Shown one piece after another: positions 39,201 through 48,900 of a stretch of 64,000 bases of DNA. A program made the translations under genes and the position numbers. The notes beneath the pieces were generated by a model. The model saw only the letters and a list, made by a program, of their open reading frames with translations, ran no database searches and had not been told where the DNA came from. Where the stretch lies: NCBI RefSeq assembly GCF_037042905.1, contig NC_087245.1:41542001-41606000 (forward strand), in the 5' to 3' direction. The stretch is from Lytechinus pictus. Taxonomy: Eukaryota. Positions within the stretch are counted from its first letter, which is position 1. Each line of letters starts with the position of its first letter.

Positions 39201-42200
39201 TTGGCATCATCTAAACATGGAGTTCATGAAACATAGACAATAAGGGTAATCCAGTATGAATGATTGTTTTGCACATGTCTGGGGTCACATGATCATGGTC
39301 AAACTTCATGTTGGGTCAATGGACATAGTATTTTATTATCATATGAATGTTTTCTTTTGTGAATAATTATGTAATAGCTGTTTTCAAAGTCAGCACTGCT
39401 GCTACATCGAATCGCGTAATGCAGGCGAGACTGCCAGAGGCGTCCACTTGTTATTTACTTGAATGTAGGATAAAAGAGCACTATTGATTAAATGCCTTGC
39501 TCATGGGTATAAGTGCAGCGGCCGGGGATCGAACCCTATACTTTCATGTGTCAGGTGCCTAAAGGCCACTGCAAACCTTACGACGTGTCCACAATCTGAT
39601 TTTGAAACAAATCGCATTTTAGGTAACTTCTGAAAACGTGAATGAAAAGTATGTTTTCGTTGAGGTTCAAATTAATCACATGACAATTTTGGATTATTGC
39701 AAGTCTCTATTTTCGAGGAAAAGCCAAATGAGTTCAAATCTTAAGCCAATCATGCCATTTCTATGATGTCATTACGAGTAGATATTAATTCGCTTTTACT
39801 CTAATATGCATGACAGCATAGTCACATATTTGAACATAAATGTAAATATTTGTAAGATGATTTAGAACATTACACAGTAAGATATTCCACGTCTCAATAT
39901 TATCATCAAATTCTACTACATTTTATCCCAAAGTTGGGTCGCAGACCAATCGTAAGGTGTGCGGTGGCCTTTAGACCACTCGGCCTCAGCATGTACGTGA
40001 TGAATATTTTGTTTCAAAGTTCTTGTTCTAATATGACTGATGTTATTAGAATTTGTATATACATTGGTCATACAGACTTGTCAACTCTTCTCCAAGTTAT
40101 CCACTTCCAGAATTGAAACAATTTTCTAATTCTTCTCTTAACCTATCAACTTCTCCATTTTGACCTCACCCTTTCACCTTTGACCCCTTGAAGCAACAGG
40201 CAGGATGCAGCGTACAGTCCAGCCGGCTACCAGTCGGGCGATGGGAGATACAATCACGATGATGACATGGACTTCGATCTTCCCGATACACGGCGAGGGT
40301 CTGCGGGCAGAAGACTAGAGCCTCTCTATAAGAACAACAGCAATCACAAATCGTCCAATCAGGTTCTCCCTCATGATAGGTTACGAGCGCTGTCCGATGA
40401 CGAGTAAGTTGGGTCTATCTAATGGGGTGTTGCAGGAAACTTGCATTCGATTACAAGACCAATTTTGCCCACCAAATCAGTCACAGGTCTTACAATTAAT
40501 CACAAATTTGTTGATAATTACTAGCCTGCTTCTTACAGAGAAGCTTAACTGAATTTGTTTACTTACAATTGATCTATCACTTCTAAAATTTCAAAAGAAA
40601 TTTGCAATTGATTGCAAATACTTTCTTGCAACCTCCCCTATGCCCCTCTAAAAAGTTTTGCAACTAAAATTCAAGTGGTAACCTATTTCTTGTTGCCCCA
40701 TCATCATACATATCCAAATGTAAAGTTGGTTTTGATAACAACAGAAAAAAAAAACACATCACTGAATGTTTGGTGAAAATCTATCAAGAATAACTAAGTT
40801 GTGAAATTGAAGTTTTGTAATGTCATATGGAAGTAGCTCTCCTGCTGTCAGGTAATGTTATATAAATAAATAATGATAATAATATAGGATTTGTATCGCG
40901 CACGTATCCACCTTGCTAGGTGCTCAAGGCGCTCCTATATTACCCCGGCTAAGCTAGTCTACCGATTCTGGTGCGCACAGCTTTTTGAGGAATTACTTCA
41001 ATTTGAGGAATTACTTCATTACTACTTTTTGAGGAATAAACTATATAAAGAATGCAATTTTTTTTCCTGAAAATGGAAAATGGATTACTTATGCCTTCAA
41101 TATGATATATCATCTGACACATCATTTCATACACTATTACATGAGAAAAATATATTCAATCATGATGAAAAAAGAAAAAAAAAATGGATTTCATAGAATT
41201 TTTACATGACATATGGAGCAGCTGCTTACATATGAGGTCACTACTACATGTAAAATTCAAAAATTCATTACTTTCTAGATATTTTGAGGAATTTTTACCA
41301 AAACTGCACCAATACTTTATCTATTTTGGGGGACCTTTGTTAAAACCATCTTTATATCATCAAGGTAAAGTTGCACTTGAAAACAGTATATTAATTAGTT
41401 CTTTTCATTAATTGTCTTTTAATGAAAAGGTTATTAAAATGTACTTGAAATCGGTTATTTGCTGTAACTTATTGAAACAGCAAATATAATTAAATACAAT
41501 ACAATACAATATAAGTATTTATATAGCGCTCTTCACAATGATTGTATCACACCACTTTACAAAATGAGCAAAATCAAAATTGTGAAAGAAAAAAAAATAC
41601 ATACATACGTAAATAACAAGTAAATTAACTATTAAAAAGAAATGTCTTTAATGACCGCTGAAATGCTCCCAGAGATGACGATTCACGGATGCAGCGGGGG
41701 AGCTGGTTCCAGAGGCGTGGCGCGGCAGCAGCGAATGATTGGTCCCCTGAGGAGTCCGCTGATGCTCACAGCCACAGACAATATACACAAAATGAATGTA
41801 TTGGACAGCCCAACTATTTCATTTAGTATCCATCATAATTTAAATGTGAGATTTCTTGAAGAGTAGTCTTTTCGCTTGCAATTTTCTATGCTATTCTTAC
41901 TGAATATTTGAAATAAAAATGTAAAATCTCACAATATGTTTTCATCTCTTCCAGTTCCATAACTAGAAATATCAATTTTAATTCACTTCTCACTTTCATG
42001 ATCTTGTGCAGTGGCTTTACCATGTCTACCAGTCGGACGCCAACACCTCCTTCGTCGAGACCGACCTCATGCTATTCTTACTGAATATTTGAAATAAAAA
42101 TGTAAAATCTCACAATATGTTTTCATCTCTTCCAGTTCCATAACTAGAAATATCAATTTTAATTCACTTCTCACTTTCATGATCTTGTGCAGTGGCTTTA

Positions 42201-42388
42201 CCATGTCTACCAGTCGGACGCCAACACCTCCTTCGTCGAGACCGACCTCAAATTCCCGCAAGAAGAGCGCCGACCTTGTGAACGGACGGAGGTTACCCAA
42301 ATTCTGCCACGAATGTGGCACCAGGTACCCTGTGCAAAATGCCAAGTACTGCTGTGAGTGTGGAACAAGGAGAGAATACTTAGACTGA
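27213..42388 (+). CDS. ZC2HC1A: Zinc finger C2HC domain-containing protein 1A homologue, gene span (9 coding exons, 1182 nt, 393 aa)
   Basis: Hand-spliced exons 27213-27237, 32650-32714, 33109-33240, 34110-34239, 35513-35658, 36988-37162, 38057-38159, 40194-40403 and 42193-42388 all have GT-AG borders with matching phases. The motifs LLPCGTCGRTF..RHTKIC, FNSSKQRAEGTDI, NWRQKHEDFI, PDYVQCPTCERHFSENAAERHIPFCKE and LPKFCHECGTRYP..AKYCCECG match vertebrate ZC2HC1A as recalled. Confidence 0.93.
27428..30704. mobile_element. Possible 3.3-kb Harbinger-like non-autonomous element (or two related short elements) in ZC2HC1A intron 1
   Basis: Inverted termini GG(G/C)TGCGTTTATGCG with GAATCATGATTC subterminal repeats at both ends; no matching target duplication seen. 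Confidence 0.45.
31090..31990 (-). mobile_element. Decayed non-LTR retrotransposon (CR1-like) reverse transcriptase fragment in ZC2HC1A intron 1
   Basis: Frameshifted ORFs with HGFRSG.STETQL, LDYSKAFDKVPH, SGIPQGTVLGPLMFLCYVNDL and FADY (catalytic FADD mutated). Confidence 0.9.
32650..32714 (+). CDS. ZC2HC1A: ZC2HC1A exon 2 (ENDESDLLPCGTCGRTFLPDTL)
   Basis: ttgcag acceptor, gtgagt donor; first half of C2HC finger 1. Confidence 0.92.
33109..33240 (+). CDS. ZC2HC1A: ZC2HC1A exon 3 (ARHTKICRK...KQRAEGTDI...PRS)
   Basis: tttcag acceptor, gtaagt donor; conserved H-x3-C and QRAEGTDI. Confidence 0.93.
33606..33960 (+). mobile_element. tRNA-derived SINE
   Basis: A-box-like GTAGTGGTT, B-box GGTTCAAATCC, (TTA)n tail; body shared with 57299-57617. 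Confidence 0.65.
34110..34239 (+). CDS. ZC2HC1A: ZC2HC1A exon 4 (KKNNWRQKHEDFI...PPPPSQKRINP)
   Basis: tttcag acceptor, gtaaga donor; conserved NWRxKHExFI. Confidence 0.93.
34556..35148. mobile_element. Kolobok-like palindromic MITE in ZC2HC1A intron 4
   Basis: TAAAGGAAACC...GGTTTCCTTTA with inverted arms longer than 200 bp. Confidence 0.75.
35513..35658 (+). CDS. ZC2HC1A: ZC2HC1A exon 5 (second C2HC finger)
   Basis: cttcag acceptor, gtagga donor; DYVQCPTCERHFSENAAERHIPFCKE. Confidence 0.93.
36988..37162 (+). CDS. ZC2HC1A: ZC2HC1A exon 6 (YKPPLPGSKKK...)
   Basis: gacag acceptor, conserved YKPP; the A|gtatgg donor gives the phase exon 7 needs. Confidence 0.85.
37203..37965. repeat. (GAT/GGT)n complex low-complexity repeat in ZC2HC1A intron 6
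   Basis: Directly visible; shares unique motifs with 4470-5230. Confidence 0.9.
38057..38159 (+). CDS. ZC2HC1A: ZC2HC1A exon 7 (Ser-rich linker)
   Basis: Polypyrimidine tract plus ttaag acceptor, AG|gtaaga donor; open in the expected frame. Confidence 0.75.
38462..39452 (+). mobile_element. Helentron/HINE-like non-autonomous element with internal ~160-bp tandem repeats (copy 1)
   Basis: 5' subTIR GTCTCGCCTGCA with nearby inverted GCGAGAC, tandem array, 3' TGCAGGCGAGAC plus short hairpin and CCACTTGTT end, T-rich flanks. Confidence 0.75.
39563..39970. mobile_element. PIF/Harbinger-like MITE of the same TIR family, inserted into a minus-strand tRNA-derived SINE
   Basis: AGGCCACTGCAAACCTTACGA...TCGTAAGGTGTGCGGTGGCCT with TAA/TTA flanks; the SINE head continues on both sides. 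Confidence 0.65.
40194..40403 (+). CDS. ZC2HC1A: ZC2HC1A exon 8 (low-complexity linker; alternative in-frame start at 40200)
   Basis: GC-richer open segment with phase 2 at both ends and a GA|gtaagt donor. Confidence 0.75.
41493..41740 (-). mobile_element. LINE (L2-like) 3' end fragment
   Basis: Minus strand reads SFAAAAPRLWNQLP..IRESSSLGAFQRSLKTFLF followed by a (TTGTA)n tail. Confidence 0.7.
41888..42249 (+). repeat. Perfect 181-bp tandem duplication spanning the last ZC2HC1A intron/exon junction
   Basis: 41888-42068 repeated at 42069-42249. Confidence 0.92.
42193..42388 (+). CDS. ZC2HC1A: ZC2HC1A last exon (C-terminal zinc finger, stop TGA)
   Basis: tgcag acceptor; LPKFCHECGTRYPVQNAKYCCECGTRREYLD*. 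Confidence 0.93.
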
Positions 42389-42875
42389 GTATGATAAGAA
42401 TAATGATAAAAGATAAACTGATACAGCACCATACGTACTCCCATTAGAACAACCCTAGAGACGATGACACCTTCAAGAGGACAGCAAATGACCTTTAGAT
42501 GTTCAGTGTTTCTTTTGGAACACCAAGATAAAACACCACGGGCCTACTTAGCAATCGATCGTAGAACATCTTTCTACGATCGATTCCATTGACTACAATG
42601 TCCAATCAATCGTAAAAATCAAGTGTATGATTAATTGCTAACCTTTGTGCTACGGGACGCAGATCTGCCTTGGTGGTATAACAAGCAGCAGGCACTTTGT
42701 TGACCTGACTTGAGATCTTACATGTTTCTCATTTTTATGGAGCACTCTGATAAAAAACAGATGATGATGCTGAGCGATGATCCACAGTGTTTATCCTGCA
42801 CCATATTTCTGTCAAGACGATTCATAGGCGCAGGCGCATCCGACTAATTAAACTAATTACCGCACATCTGCTGCA

Positions 42876-43035
42876 AGTGAGTTTTGAGAGACGATTTTAA
42901 GAGTTCAATGTTGTCGATTTCACGGAGTGAAGAAGGGAGGGAGTTCAAGAGGCGTGGAGCGATAGATGAAAAGGCACGGTCTTCGTATCCTTTTAGGTGT
43001 GTGATAAGTACATGAAGAGTGACAAACAGCACTTT
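42876..43035 (-). mobile_element. LINE (L2-like) ORF2 C-terminal fragment
   Basis: Minus strand reads GYEDRAFSSIAPRLLNSLPSSLREI..LKSSLKTHL. Confidence 0.65.
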
Positions 43036-43066
43036 TTAACCGGACCATAGATGCCCATGTATCTTA

Positions 43067-43485
43067 AGGCCACCGCACACCTTACGACCCGACTGGTCTG
43101 CGACTGGCTTGCGACTGAGTGAGGGGAGATGAACCGCAAGGTGGTCATAAGCCTCGACACCGCACACCTTGCGATCCGATCTGCGACTCACGCATGCGCT
43201 TTTTGTTATTTGGCATAGCAACTGAGAAAGTGCGCTTACTAGTGCGTATGCGCGTTGTTTATCATATACGCGTCGTGCAACTCTGCTGTCTGATTGGCTG
43301 GAAGCTGGATTGAGCTTGCGATCAAGTCATAAGGATTTGACATGTCAAATCCTTCCGATTTTCCTTGCGACTTGTCTCTGACCGGTCTGCGACTCGAACC
43401 TGACAAGAGCTGTGACGTCACATCTCCCCTCACCCAGTCGCAAGCCAGTCGGCGACTGGTCGGGTCGTAAGGTGTGCGGTGGCCT
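43067..43485. mobile_element. PIF/Harbinger-like MITE
   Basis: TTA|AGGCCACCGCACACCTTACGACCCGAC...GTCGGGTCGTAAGGTGTGCGGTGGCCT|TTA. Confidence 0.8.
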
Positions 43486-43825
43486 TTATTCTCATGGAAC
43501 AACGAGGTGAAAAACACCCGATCTGCTTTGGTTTTGCTTAGATGTCACACAGAAGACCGTGTCCACATTCGTGTCAAACTGTTATTTCGAAGAATATTAA
43601 AAATACTTATTTGATTCTTGTTAGTGGATGAAAATTTGTTTTTCTATTCATGTCCAAACCCCACTACCATTACATCTGGCACTTGGAACTGGCTAATGCC
43701 TAGATATTTTTTTTTTTAATTAAAGCCATTTTTCATCATGTACAGTAACAAGTTTCAAAACAAGCTTGGACCTATTTCCTCCCCTTTTAACCTATATTTT
43801 TCAGCAAACTCCAATAAAATGTTAA

Positions 43826-44414
43826 AGGAGAATGAAACTCTTGGAGCAAGTTAGCTTTTGTGAAAGCAGAAAAATCAAAGAATAAGATCAACAAAAGTTT
43901 GAGTAAAATAGGACTAGCAATAGAAGAGTTATGAGCATTTGAATGTCGAGATCACTAATGCTATGGAGATCCTCCCATTGGCAATGCGACCAAGATCTAT
44001 GATATGATGTCACAGATGAACAACTCTCCCCTTTTGGACGCTGAAAATATACCCCAAAACATCTCTTTTTGCTCTTTCTAATCATATGACAAACGATTCA
44101 TCAATGATATAATGTTGTGAAACCTCTGTACTTGTCCTCTCATAAAGAAAACACCTCACCTTGTGATAGACTCTATGAAAGTGAGAATATAAGTGAAATA
44201 AGTACTAAAGTAATGAGGGAGTTGTACGTGTGTGACATCACAGATCTTGGTCGCATTGCAAATGGGAGGATCTACATGGCATAAGTGATCTCAATATTCA
44301 AATGCTCATAACTTTCTTATTATTCATTCAATCTTCCTCAAACTTTCAACAATATGTTTCTTTGATTTTTCTCTTTGATATGGATTCGGCTGGTTTCAAG
44401 GGTTTCATTCTCCT
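43826..44414. mobile_element. Kolobok-like palindromic MITE
   Basis: TTAA|AGGAGAATGAAAC...GTTTCATTCTCCT|TTAA with long inverted arms. Confidence 0.75.
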
Positions 44415-45053
44415 TTAAAGATTTTCATTCATAAAGATATGAACTGAATACTTTTGTTACGTCGTGGAGAATTTTTATTACATTGACTCATATATATGTA
44501 GTTGGTAAGAATTTATTGCAATTTGAAAACAATCATATTTCATTAATGTTGTTCTTATAGTAACTCATAACTCACGTATCACATCATGTTCATACAACTT
44601 ATGAGACTACATGTATGTTATCATGTACATGTACAGAATCGACTTCTGTTTGTGATGCTTTATCTTAGTTTTTGCCTAGAGGAAGCAAATATATTTGCAA
44701 TAGATGATCAATTGTAGTTTACAGATACATTTTATGCATTGTTACAGTGTGTGTCTGTATGGTGATTATGAATACTGTTAGTCATTCAGAAATAATTTTG
44801 AGCAGTCAGGTATACATGTATGTACATGCAATTTACATGTAAGGGTGCAATGTTGAAGTAACTGCATTAGATTGGCTTGGGCCATCGAGGTGTACAAAGT
44901 TGTGAAATAAAAATGATATATTGATTTTATGTACGGCTTTATATCACATTGAAACAACATATCTTATTGATCTGAATCTTGGGAAGCAAAGTCCTTCCTC
45001 TATTTCCGTCCAGTGCACACATTGGTCTTTTGAATGACGATGTGAAAGACACA

Positions 45054-45994
45054 TTTTTGTCTCACCTGCATAGCAGTGTGAGACTATAGGCGCTGCTTTT
45101 CCGACGGCGGCGGCGGCGTCAACACCAAATCTTAATCGAAGGTTAAGTTTTTGAAATGTCATCATAACTTAGAAAATATATGGACTTAGTTCATGAAACT
45201 TGGACATAAGGTTTCAAGTATTACTGAACATCCTGTGCAAGTTTCAGGTCACATGATTAAGGTCAAAGGTCATTTAGGGTCAATGAACTTAGACCATGTT
45301 GGGGGAATCAACATCAAAATCTTAACCTAAGGTTAAGTTTTTGAAATGTCATCATAACTTAGAAAATTTATGGACCTAGTTCATGAAACTTATACATAAG
45401 GTTAATCAAGTATCACTGAACATCCTGTACGAGTTTTAGGTCACATGATTAAGGTCAAAGGTCATTTAGGGTCAATGAACTTTGGCCAAATTGGGGGTAT
45501 TTGTTGAATTACCATCATAACTTTGAAAGTATATTGGTCTAGTTCATAAAACTTGGACATAAGAGTAATCAAGTATCACTGAACTTCCTGTGCGCATTTC
45601 AGGTCACATGACCAAGGTCAAAGGTCAATGAACTTTGGCCATAATGGGGGTATCTGTTGAATTACCATCATAACTTTGAAAGTTTATGGATCTAACTCAT
45701 AAATCTTGGACATAAGAGTAATCAAGTATCACTGCACATCCTGTGCTAGTTTTAGGTCACATGTTCAAAGTCAAAGGTCATGTAAGGTCAATGAACTTTG
45801 GCCATGTTGGGGGTATTTGTTGAATTACCATTATATCTCTGTAAGTGTATTGGTCTAGTTCATAAAACGTGTACATAAGAGTAACCAAGTATCACTGAAC
45901 ATCTTGTGCAAGTTATAGTAGTTTTCAAAGTCAGCACTGCTGCTATATTGAATCGCGTGATGCAGGTGAGACCGCCAGAGGCATTCCACTTGTT
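45054..45994 (+). mobile_element. Helentron/HINE-like element (copy 2)
   Basis: Same termini (GTCTCACCTGCA...TGCAGGTGAGAC), (GGC)n microsatellite, 150-190-bp tandem units. Confidence 0.78.
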
Positions 45995-48900
45995 AATGTT
46001 TCAGGTACTGTGTTGCTATGGTCAAATCTGTTCCATATTTGCTTCGGGGACAATTGCTCTGATGGAATATCTGCACGTTGAGCCGAACATAAAATCTAAC
46101 CTCCTTAACTAAATAAACCCTAATCAATATCTTACATTATTCTGAACCAAAACTCTATTACAATCTTAACTCTAACCATATGCCCTCTAGAGAAATCAAG
46201 ACCGCATGACGAAAACCTCCATTTGAGAACACTATACCCCAGTTTCCCTTCTCATCAATTCTCTTCTCCAAGTACGACAAACCCTAACTGCCCCAAGCAA
46301 GCAATTTAAGTATCAAAACACCTGTTTCTTGACGTCGGTCCGAAGATAACACAACAGCCCGGCATATACAGTCACAACAGGGGGCCACACACGATGGGAT
46401 GCATGCGCAGCGCTGAGTGCGGTCCCTGCAAAGCATACCAATTTTTATTTGCTTTCCTTATTTCGAGGTCGATTTTCTTCGTTCGAAATTGAAAATGGAC
46501 TAACATTGGATTACTGAATACAATATGCCTTTGAAAACGTGATTAAATATCGAATACAATAATTTCATTCCGAAGGTCCTACTACAGGCAGAGAAGTCTT
46601 GCGTAATAGCACAGCTGTTGTCTATATCTTTTGGTCCTTTGCTCAACGCTCATATACTGGCCTGTGGAGGTGAAATTGAGACAGCGGGGATTACCCCTGG
46701 ATTACCTGGCCAAGCATGGTTGATAAGGGCTTGGAAATGATTTTTGGGAGATCCAAATGGAAAATGGGGTATAACACCGCAGTTTGCAATCTGAACTGCG
46801 GTCTTTCTCCAAACGGGGGTTTGACGTAATGGGAGCAAATGTGTCACTGTCAAGTCATATTGGCAATAAATCAGTTAATTTATGTAGCCAAGGGAATTAA
46901 TCTCCGGATTTTGAAACAGGGTCGGGGTTCAAATCCAAGACATGGAATAATTTCCTTCAGCAAGAAATTGATCCGCATCGTGCCGCACTCAACCCAGGAG
47001 AGGTATTACCTGGTAAAAATTTACTCCTTGAAGTTTTTGTGTGCTGCACAAGGCTTGCCGGGCTTGAGCCAGGGTACTAATATCCAAGTCTCTTTGGAAG
47101 TGCATAGAGATGCTAAATGGAATGTAACATGCATTATAGGCCTACAATAACTGAATATTATCAGGCCATGAAGTAATAATAACCAACAAATATTTTGTAA
47201 GAGATATCATTCTCATTTAACTATCTATATGACACCACAGATTAGAACCTTGATTTATTTACTCTTATAGTACTAATTTGTGAAAGTTTATTTTTTTGCT
47301 CTTGAACATTGCAATGACCATACATGTATTTGTTGAAAAATCTCAAACAAACTTGACATGGTGGCCCAAGGTTTGGCCACATTAATATGTTTTTAAATCA
47401 ATGAATGTAAATTAGATTGTTCCAAGTACATGTAGTTATATACATGTACCAGGCCACACACACATGTGATTATAATACAAGCTACATAGGGGAAGCTGTG
47501 AATTGATAGTTGATACAGAGTTTTGTGTTTCAGTCCAGACAACAAATTTTGGATGGTGAAATTCTCATCTGATTGATACATACATGTACATGTCTGTAAA
47601 AATGATTAAACACAGACACACTGATAATCCAGTAGAGCTATGTGTATTAAAAGTAGGTATTCATTCATGCAGTCCAGAATCGGATAACACTTATCACGAC
47701 TGAGTCACGAATGCCTGCTTATGGCACGATCAGTGCCCTCAGTGGGGATATTGAACTGATATGAAACATTCAGTTCTTGACTAGTCTTCATATGACCTCA
47801 TCTTGGGGTCCCACGTGCCCTTTTTCCATCATTTTAGCTTTGAATGTCACATTATTTATCATTATAAAGTTCCAAAATGCTGAAATGCCAAGATTGTTTT
47901 TTTGTGATGAAATGGTCGTCGATTCAGTACTCCACATGACCAGGGGAGCATTTCATGAAAAGTTTTGTAATCTTGTGATTCTCATTGACTAAGCTGCCTT
48001 CAGCCAATCAGATGCAAGGATTTTCAGTAGCTTATAACAGTTTCAGTGAAAATAACTGACTGATTGTTTCATGAATGCTCCCTGGAAATGCTTGTTCTGA
48101 ATATCACATCTCATATAATTGTATCTGCTATTTTCTTGAAATATAGAAAAAGGTTGTATAGCCATTGGAGTACAGATTGGTCAAATAACATGTTATATTA
48201 AGGTTATATTTTCTGATGAAAGCAAGACAAGCTTCAGTATGTCTGTTCTGATAAACTTTTACTACATGGCTTTCATGAGGATATTCTTGTAAATGTTAGT
48301 ATATTCTTGTTAGGCAGGAATTGTCTAGAATTATCACATTTTTACCTGCCTTCGTGAATCCGTCATATGCATAATTATGGTTATTCTGTATTCATTTATC
48401 TTTCTACCTATATCTCTAAGTACAATCAATTTAAATGCAAAACCAACCGATTCCGAAATAGTCCCATCCCCTACTTCATAGATTTACTAAACGAGAACTA
48501 GATACATTTGTTGCCCCCCACCCGGAAGATATGATAGATATAGTTTTCTTTATTTGCTAGGATAGTCATCCTCATTCTATACCGCCTTGCCTCACTTAGT
48601 GTACTCTGTACTTAATTTGTTGTCATACATGCATGGTTTTGTTTGTTTTCAATCTTCGCCACTACTTTCTTCATCTTTCTGGCCCAATCCTCTCTCTGTA
48701 CTTTCTACCTATATCTCCTTTTAATTACCCTTTACCCTTACTCACTTTTTCTCTGTCTGTCTCCCTATGCCGTCTTTATCCTTCCCCATCTTTTCTTTTC
48801 TAACACTTTTCATTCATGCATGTACAATGTGCCTCATTGTAGTGGTTAGAATTTGCGTACTTAATATGTATTAAGTTCAATACAATGTATAACTTTATTT

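Noticed and set aside
45160..45900. Regularly spaced repeats as a CRISPR-like array
   Set aside because: Whole units are homologous with no unique spacers; eukaryotic context and no cas genes.
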